From NCBI GenBank assembly GCA_964016885.1, contig OZ024745.1, positions 11,098,001-11,162,000 on the forward strand: 64,000 nucleotides of DNA, read 5' to 3'. Shown in pieces: positions 54,601 through 64,000 of this stretch. The notes beneath the pieces are model-generated. The model was not told where the DNA came from, did not search any database, and saw nothing but the letters and a program-made list of their open reading frames with translations. Within the stretch, counting starts at the first letter, position 1. Each line of letters opens with the position of its first letter. A program made the translations under genes and the position numbers. Source of the DNA: Eledone cirrhosa (lineage: Eukaryota).

Positions 54601-57600
54601 TAAGGTAACTTTGGTACATATTACTGTCAGAAACCCCTGTCTCACCCCCTCTTCTACATGTTATTGGTACCACCTAGACACTAAGGTAACTTTGGTACAT
54701 ATTACTGTCAGAAACCCCTGTCTCACCCCACTTCTACATGTTATTGGTACCACCTACACACCCAGATAACTTTGGTACACATTACTGTCAGAAACTCCTG
54801 TCTCACCTCCTCTTCTACATGTTATTGGTACCACCTAGACACTAAGGTAACTTTGGTACACATTACTGTCAGAAACTCCTGTCTCACCTCCTCTTCTACA
54901 TGTTATTGGTACCACCTAGACAACAAGATAACTTTGGTACACATTACTGTCAGAAACCCCTGTCTCACCTCCTCTTCTACATGTTATTGGGACCACCTAG
55001 ACACCAAGGTAACTTTGGTAACATTACTGTCAGAAACTCCTGTCACACCCCCTCTTCCACATGTTATTGGTACCAACTAGACACCAAGATAACTTTGGTA
55101 CACATTACTGTCAGAAACCCCTGTCTCACCCTCTCTTCTACATGTTATTGGTACCACCTAGACACCAAGGTAACTTTGGTACACATTACTGTCAGAAACT
55201 CCTGTCTCACCCCCTCTTCCACATGTTATTGGTACCACCTAGACACCAAGGTAACTTTGGTACACATTACTGTCAGAAACCCCTGTCTCACCCCCTCTTC
55301 TACATGTTATTGGTACCACCTAGACACCAAGATAACTTTGGTACACATTACTGTCAGAAACCCCTGTCTCACCTCCTCTTCTACATGTTATTGGTACCAC
55401 ATAGAGACCAAGGTAACTTTGCTATATATTACTGTCAGAAACTCCTGTCTCACCTCCTCTTCTACATGTTATTGGTACCACCTAGACACTAAGGTAACTT
55501 TGGTACACATTACTGTCAGAAACTCCTGTCTCACCTCCTCTTCTACATGTTATTGGTACCACCTAGACACTAAGGTAACTTTGGTACACATTACTGTCAG
55601 AAACTCCTGTCTCACCTCCTCTTCTACATGTTATTGGTACCACCTAGACACCAAGGCAACTTTGGTACACATTACTGTCAGAAACCCCTGTATCACCTCA
55701 TCTTCTATATGTTATTGGTACCACCGAGACACCAAGGCAACTTTGGTACACATTACTGTCAGAAACCTCTGTCTCACCTCCTCTTCTACATGTTATTGGT
55801 ACCACCTAGACACTAAGGTAACTTTGGTACACATTACTGTCAGAAACTCCTGTCTCACCTCCCCTTGTACATGTTATTGGTACCACCTAGACACCAAGAT
55901 AACTTTGGTACACATTACTGTCAGAAACCCCTGTCTCACCCCCTCTTCTACATGTTATTGGTACCACCTAGACACTAAGGTAACTTTGGTACATATTACC
56001 GTCAGAAACTCCTGTCTCACCCCCTCTTCCACATGTTATTGGTACCACATAGACACCAAGATAACTTTGGTACACATTACTGTCAGAAACCCCTGTCTCA
56101 CCCCCTCTTCTACATGTTATTGGTACCACCTAGACACTAAGGTAACTTTGGTACATATTACTGTCAGAAACCCCTGTCTCACCCCTCTTCTACATGTTAT
56201 TGGTACCACCTAGACACCCAGATAACTTTGGTACACATTACTGTCAGAAACTCCTGTCTCACCTCCTCTTCTACATGTTATTGGTACCACCTAGACACTA
56301 AGGTAACTTTGGTACACATTACTGTCAGAAACTCCTGTCTCACCTCCTCTTCTACATGTTATTGGTACCACCTAGACAACAAGATAACTTTGGTACACAT
56401 TACTGTCAGAAACCCCTGTCTCACCTCCTCTTCTACATGTTATTGGTACCACATAGACACCAAGGTAACTTTGCTACACATTACTGTCAGAAACTCCTGT
56501 CTCACCCCCTCTTCCACATGTTATTGGTACCACCTAGACACCAAGGTAACTTTGGGACACATTACTGTCAGAAACCCCTGTCTCACCTCCTCTTCTACAT
56601 GTTATTGGGACCACCGAGACACCAAGGCAACTTTGGTACACATTACTGTCAGAAATTCCTGTCTCACCTCCTCTTCTACATGTTATTGGTACCACCTAGA
56701 CACCAAGGCAACTTTGGTACACATTACTGTCAGAAACCCCTGTCTCACCTCCTCTCCTACATGTTACTGGTACCACCTAGACACCTAGGCAACATTGGTA
56801 CACATTACTGTCAGAAACTCCTGTCTCACCTCCTCTTCCACATGTTATTGGTACCACCTAGTCACCAAGATAACTTTGGTACACATTACTGTCAGAAACC
56901 CCTGCCTCACCCCCTCTTCTACATGTTATTGGTACCACCTAGACACTAAGGTAATTTGGTACATATTACTGTCAGAAACCCCTGTTTCACCCCCTCTTCT
57001 ACATGTTATTGGTACCACCTAGACACCAAGATAACTTTGGTACACATTACTGTTAGAAACTCCTGTCTCACCTCCTCTTCCACATGTTATTGGTACCACC
57101 TAGACACCAAGGTAACTTTGGGACACATTACTGTCAGAAACCCCTGCCTCACCCCCTCTTCTACATGTTATTAGTACCACCTAGACACCAAGATAAGTTT
57201 GGTACACATTACTGTCAGAAATTCCTGTCTCACCCCCTCTTCCACATGTTATTGGTACCACCTAGACAGCAAGGTAACTTTGGTACACATTACTGTCAGA
57301 AACCCCTGTCTGACCCCCTCTTCTACATGTTATTGGTACCACCTAGACACCAAGATAACTTTGGTACACATTACTGTCAGAAACCCCTGTCTCACCTCGT
57401 CTTCTAAATGTTATTGGTACCACATAGACACCAAGGTAACTTTGCTACACATTACTGTCAGAATCTCCTGTCTCACCCCCTCTTCCACATGTTATTGGTA
57501 CCACCTAGACACCAAGATAACTTTGGTACACATTACTGTCAGAAACCCCTGTCTCACCCCCTCTTCTACATGTTATTGGTACCACCTAGACACTAAGGTA

Positions 57601-60600
57601 ACTTTGGTACATATTACTGTCAGAAACCCCTGTCTCACCCCCTCTTCTACATGTTATTGGTACCACCTAGACACCAAGGTAACTTTGGTAACATTACTGT
57701 CAGAAACTCCTGTCTCACCCCCTCTTCCACATGTTATTGGTACCACCTAGACACCAAGATAACTTTGGTACACATTACTGTCAGAAACCCCTGTCTCACC
57801 CCCTCTTCTACATGTTATTGGTACCACCTAGACACCAAGGTAACTTTGGTACACATTACTGTCAGAAACTCCTGCCTCACCCCCTCTTCTACATGTTATT
57901 GGTACCACCTAGACACCAAGATAACTTTGGTACACATTACTGTCAGAAACTCCTGTCTCACCCCCTCTTCCACATGTTATTGGTACCACCTAGACACCAA
58001 GGTAAATTTGGTACACATTACTGTCAGAAACCCCTGTCTCACCTCCTCTTCTACATGTTATTGTTACCACCTAGACACCAAGGTAACTTTGGTACACATT
58101 AGTGTCAGAATCCCATGTCTCACCTCCTCTTCTACATGTTATTGTTACCACCTAGACACCAAGGTAACTTTGGTACACATTAGTGTCAGAATCCCCTGTC
58201 TCACCTCCTCTTCTACATGTTATTGGTACCACCTAGATACCAAGGTAACTTTGGTACACATTACTATCAGAAACTCCTGTCTCACCTCCTCTTCTACATG
58301 TTATTGGTACCACCTAGACACCAAGATAACTTTGGTACACATTACTGTCAGAAACCCCTGTCTCACCCCCTCTTCTACATGTTATTGGTACAACCTAGAC
58401 ACCAAGGTAACTTTGGTACCAATTACTGTCAGAAACCCCTGTCTCACCTCCTCTTCTACATGTTATTGGTACCACCTAGATACCAAGGCAACTGTGGTAC
58501 ACATTACTGTCAGAAACCCCTGTCTCACCTCCTCTTCTACATGTTATTGGTACCACATAGACACCAAGGTAACTTTACTACACATTACTGTCAGAAACTC
58601 CTGTCTCACCCCCTCTTCCACATGTTATTGGTACCACCTAGACACCAAGGTAACTTTGGGACACATTACTGTCAGAAACCCCTGTCTCACCTCCTCTTCT
58701 ACATGTTATTGGGACCACCGAGACACCAAGGCAACTTTGGTACACATTACTGTCAGAAATTCCTGTCTCACCTCCTCTTCTACATGTTATTGGTACCACC
58801 TAGACACCAAGGCAACTTTGGTACACATTACTGTCAGAAACCCCTGTCTCACCTCCTCTTCTACATGTTACTGGTACCACCTAGACACCAAGGCAACATT
58901 GGTACACATTACTGTCAGAAACTCCTGTCTCACCTCCTCTTCCACATGTTATTGGTACCACCTAGTCACCAAGATAACTTTGGTACACATTACTGTCAGA
59001 AACCCCTGCCTCACCCCCTCTTCTACATGTTATTGGTACCACCTAGACACTAAGGTAATTTGGTACATATTACTGTCAGAAACCCCTGTTTCACCCCCTC
59101 TTCTACATGTTATTGGTACCACCTAGACACCAAGATAACTTTGGTACACATTACTGTCAGAAACTCCTGTCTAACCCCCTCTTCCACATGTTATTGGTAC
59201 CACCTAGACACCAAGGTAACTTTGGGACACATTACTGTCAGAAACCCCTGCCTCACCCCCTCTTCTACATGTTATTAGTACCACCTAGACACCAAGATAA
59301 CTTTGGTACACATTACTGTCAGAAATTCCTGTCTCACCCCCTCTTCCACATGTTATTGGTACCACCTAGACAGCAAGGTAACTTTGGTACACATTACTGT
59401 CAGAAACCCCTGTCTGACCCCCTCTTCTACATGTTATTGGTACCACCTAGACACCAAGATAACTTTGGTACACATTACTGTCAGAAACCCCTGTCTCACC
59501 TCCTCTTCTAAATGTTATTGGTACCACATAGACACCAAGGTAACTTTGCAACACATTACTGTCAGAAACTCCTGTCTCACCCCCTCTTCCACATGTTATT
59601 GGTACCACCTAGACACCAAGATAACTTTGGTACACATTACTGTCAGAAACCCCTGTCTCACCCCCTCTTCTACATGTTATTGGTACCACCTAGACACTAA
59701 GGTAACTTTGGTACATATTACTGTCAGAAACCCCTGTCTCACCCCCTCTTCTACATGTTATTGGTACCACCTAGACACCAAGGTAACTTTGGTAACATTA
59801 CTGTCAGAAACTCCTGTCTCACCCCCTCTTCCACATGTTATTGGTACCACCTAGACACCAAGATAACTTTGGTACACATTACTGTCAGAAACCCCTGTCT
59901 CACCCCCTCTTCTACATGTTATTGGTACCACCTAGACACCAAGGTAACTTTGGTACACATTACTGTCAGAAACTCCTGCCTCACCCCCTCTTCTACATGT
60001 TATTGGTACCACCTAGACACCAAGATAACTTTGGTACACATTACTGTCAGAAACTCCTGTCTCACCCCCTCTTCCACATGTTATTGGTACCACATAGACA
60101 CCAAGGTAAATTTGGTACACATTACTGTCAGAAACCCCTGTCTCACCTCCTCTTCTACATGTTATTGTTACCACCTAGACACCAAGGTAACTTTGGTACA
60201 CATTAGTGTCAGAATCCCCTGTCTCACCTCCTCTTCTACATGTTATTGTTACCACCTAGACACCAAGGTAACTCTGGTACACATTAGTGTCAGAATCCCC
60301 TGTCTCACCTCCTCTTCTACATGTTATTGGTACCACCTAGACACCAAGGTAACTTTGGTACACATTACTATCAGAAACTCCTGTCTCACCTCCTCTTCTA
60401 CATGTTATTGGTACCACCTAGACACCAAGATAACTTTGGTACACATTACTGTCAGAAACCCCTGTCTCACCCCCTCTTCTACATGTTATTGGTACAACCT
60501 AGACACCAAGGTAACTTTGGTACCAATTACTGTCAGAAACCCCTGTCTCACCTCCTCTTCTACATGTTATTGGTACCACCTAGACACCAAGGTAACTTTG

Positions 60601-63600
60601 GTACACATTACTGTCAGAAACCCCTGTCTCACTTCCTCTTCTACATGTTATTGGTACCACCTAGATACCAAGGCAACTGTGGTACACATTACTGTCAGAA
60701 ACCCCTGCCTCACCTCCTCTTCTACATGTTATTGGTACCACCTAGACTCCAAGATAACTTTGGTACACATTACTGTCAGAAACCCCTGTCTCACCTCCTC
60801 TTCTACATGTTATTGGTACCACCTAGACACCAAGGCAACTTTGGTACACATTATTGTCAGAAACCCCTGTCTCAACTCCTCTTCTACATGTTATAGGTAC
60901 CACATTGACACCAAGGTAACTTTGCTACACATTACTGTCAGAAATTCCTGTCTCACCCCCTCTTCCACATGTTATTGGTACCACCTAGACACCAAGGTAA
61001 CTTTGGTAACATTACTGTCAGAAACTCCTGTCTCACCCCCTCTTCCACATGTTATTGGTACCACCTAGACACCAAGATAACTTTGGTACACATTACTGTC
61101 AGAAACCCCTGTCTCACCCCCTCTTCTACATGTTATTGGTACCACCTAGACACCAAGGTAACTTTGGTACACATTACTGTCAGAAACTCCTGCCTCACCC
61201 CCTCTTCTACATGTTATTGGTACCACCTAGACACCAAGATAACTTTGGTACACATTACTGTCAGAAACTCCTGTCTCACCCCCTCTTCCACATGTTATTG
61301 GTACCACCTAGACACCAAGGTAAATTTGGTACCAATTACTATCAGAAACCCCTGTCTCACCCCCTCTTCTACATGTTATTGGTACCACCTAGACACCAAG
61401 ATAACTTTGGTACACATTACTGTCAGAAACCCCTGTCTCACTTCCTCTTCTACATGTTATTGGTACCAAATAGACACCAAGGTAACTTTGCTACACATTA
61501 CTGTCAGAAACTCCTGTCTCACCCCCTCTTCCACATGTTATTGGTACCACCTAGACACCAAGGTAACTTTGGGACACATTACTGTCAGAAACCCCTGTCT
61601 CACCTCCTCTTCTACATGTTATTGGTACAACCTAGACACAAAGGTAACTTTGGTACACATTACTGTCAGAAACCCCTGTCTCACCTCCTCTTCTACAGGT
61701 TATTGGTACCACCTAGAGCCCAAGGTAACTTTGGTACACATTACTGTCAGAAACCCCTGTCTCACCCCCTCTTCTACATGTTATTGGTACCACCTAGACA
61801 CCAAGGTAACTTTGGTACACATTAGTGTCAGAAACCCCTGTCTCACCCCCTCTTCTACATGTTATTGGTACCACCTAGACACCAAGGTAACTTTGGTACA
61901 CATTACTGTCAGAAACTCCTGGCCCACCCCCTCTTCTACATGTTATTGGTACCACCTAGACACCAAGGTAACTTTGGTACACATTAGTATCAGAAACCCC
62001 TGTCTCACCCCCTCTTCCACATGTTATTGGTACCACCTAGACACCAAGGTAACTTTGGGACACATTACTGTCAGAAACCCCTGTCTCACCTCCTCTTCTA
62101 CATGTTATTGGTACAACCTAGACACAAATGTAACTTTGGTACACATTACTGTCAGAAACCCCTGTCTCACCTCCTCTTCTACATGTTATTGGTACCACCT
62201 AGAGCCCAAGGTAACTTTGGTACACATTACTGTCAGAAACCCCTGTCTCACCCCCTCTTCTACATGTTATTGGTACCACCTAGACACCAAGGTAACTTTG
62301 GTACACATTAGTGTCAGAAACCCCTGTCTCACCCCCTCTTCTACATGTTATTGGTACCACCTAGACACCAAGGTAACTTTGGTACACATTACTGTCAGAA
62401 ACTCCTGGCCCACCCCCTCTTCTACATGTTATTGGTACCACCTAGACACCAAGGTAACTTTGGTACACATTAGTATCAGAAACCCCTGTCTCACCTCCTC
62501 TTCTACATGTTATTGGTACCACCTAGACACCAAGGTAACTTTGGTACACATTACTGTCAGAAACCCCTGTCTCACCTCCTCTTCTACATGTTATTGGTAC
62601 CACCTAGACACCAAGGTAACTTTGGTACACATTACTATCAGAAACTCCTGTCTCACCTCCTCTTCTACATGTTATTGGTACCACGTAGACACCAAGATAA
62701 CTTTGGTACACATTACTGTCAGAAACCCCTGTCTCACCCCCTCTTCTACATGTTATTGGTACAACCTAGACACCAAGGTAACTTTGGTACCAATTACTGT
62801 CAGAAACTCCTGTCTCACCCCCTCTTCTACATGTTATTGGTACCACCTAGACACCAAGGTAACTTTGGTACACATTACTGTCAGAAACCCCTGTCTCACC
62901 TCCTCTTCTACATGTTATTGGTACCACCTAGATACCAAGGCAACTTTGGTACACATTACTGTCAGAAACCCCTGCCTCACCTCGTCTTCTATATGTTATT
63001 GGTACCAGCTAGACACCAAGGTAACTTTGGTACACATTAATGTCAGTAACCCCTGCCTCACCTCCTCTTCTACATGTTATTGGTACCATCTAGACACCAA
63101 GGCAACTTTGGTACACATTACTGTCAGAAACCCCTGTCTCACCTCCTCTTCTACATGTTAATGGTACCACCTAGACACCAAGGCAACTTTGGTACACATT
63201 ACCGTCAGAAACTCCTGTCTCACCTCCTCTTCCACATGTTATTGGTACCACCTAGACACCAAGATAAATTTGGTACACATTACTGTCAGAAACCCCTGAT
63301 TCACCCCCTCTTCTACATGTTATTGGTACCACCTAGACACCAAGGTAACTTTGGTAACATTACTGTCAGAAACTCCTGTCTCACCCCCTCTTCCACATGT
63401 TATTGGTACCACCTAGACACCAAGATAACTTTGGTACACATTACTGTCAGAAACCCCTGCCTCACCCCCTCTTCTACATGTTATTGGTACCACCTAGACA
63501 CTAAGGTAATTTGGTACATATTACTGTCAGAAACCCCTGTTTCACCCCCTCTTCTACATGTTATTGGTACCACCTAGACACCAAGATAACTTTGGTACAC

Positions 63601-64000
63601 ATTACTGTCAGAAACTCCTGTCTAACCCCCTCTTCCACATGTTATTGGTACCACCTAGACACCAAGGTAACTTTGGGACACATTACTGTCAGAAACCCCT
63701 GCCTCACCCCCTCTTCTACATGTTATTAGTACCACCTAGACACCAAGATAACTTTGGTACACATTACTGTCAGAAATTCCTGTCTCACCCCCTCTTCCAC
63801 ATGTTATTGGTACCACCTAGACAGCAAGGTAACTTTGGTACACATTACTGTCAGAAACCCCTGTCTGACCCCCTCTTCTACATGTTATTGGTACCACCTA
63901 GACACCAAGATAACTTTGGTACACATTACTGTCAGAAACCCCTGTCTCACCTCCTCTTCTAAATGTTATTGGTACCACATAGACACCAAGGTAACTTTGC
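21647..64000. repeat. 81-bp tandem satellite array (about 520 monomers, continues past the right edge); consensus GGTACCACCTAGACACCAAGGTAACTTTGGTACACATTACTGTCAGAAACCCCTGTCTCACCTCCTCTTCTACATGTTATT
   Basis: Head-to-tail repeats in one orientation are directly visible, with a KpnI site (GGTACC) in nearly every monomer. The unit is 27 codons and stop-free in two plus frames, which explains the ORF track. The first monomer (~21647-21712) is the most divergent. Recurrent variants are AAG[GT/AT/GC]AAC, AAAC[C/T]CC, CAC[CT/CC]CC and TC[T/C]AC. Confidence 0.99.

Noticed and set aside
21634-63962. Dozens of long ORFs (up to 934 aa) made of 27-aa repeats (MLLVPPRHQGNFGTHYCQKPLSHLLFY / TCYWYHLDTKVTLVHITVRNPCLTSSS)
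   Set aside because: These arise because the 81-bp monomer is stop-free in two frames. Both overlapping frames are open, both are repeatedly broken by stops and 1-bp deletions, variants show no synonymous bias, and there are no unique terminal domains.
21647-64000. Possible decayed C2H2 zinc-finger array (THYCQKP resembles the THTGEKP linker; Cys/His-rich)
   Set aside because: The unit is 27 rather than 28 codons, and no frame has C-x2-C-x12-H-x3-H spacing. Only a short linker-like resemblance remains. A zf-C2H2 HMM search of the consensus would settle it.

Overview
This is eukaryotic, repeat-dominated DNA, about 97% tandem repeat, with no recognisable intact protein-coding gene, RNA gene or CRISPR array. 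Left to right it contains: a ~31-bp A/C-rich satellite (1-16.7 kb, running off the left edge); a 150-bp unique gap; a compound trinucleotide block of (GTT)n, (AGT/GGT)n, a 95-bp unique island and (CCA)n; a 5'-truncated, frameshifted RTE-clade LINE 3' end on the minus strand, with an (ACAAGT)n tail and a 23-bp candidate target-site duplication; a 37-bp minisatellite; ~1 kb of unique AT-rich DNA; and an 81-bp KpnI-site satellite (21.65 kb to the right edge, about 520 monomers) with clear higher-order duplications. Nearly all ORFs in the supplied track are repeat translation artefacts; only 19226..19699(-) has a real protein signature (RTE ORF2 C-terminus). The best leads are the LINE/TSD/minisatellite relationship, minus-strand splice signals in all three unique islands (a possible gene start threaded through the satellites), a strand-specific microsatellite fold-back around one island, and the layered architecture of the 81-bp array. 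I found no convincing novel biological system, and the gene and RNA-structure ideas are inference only.
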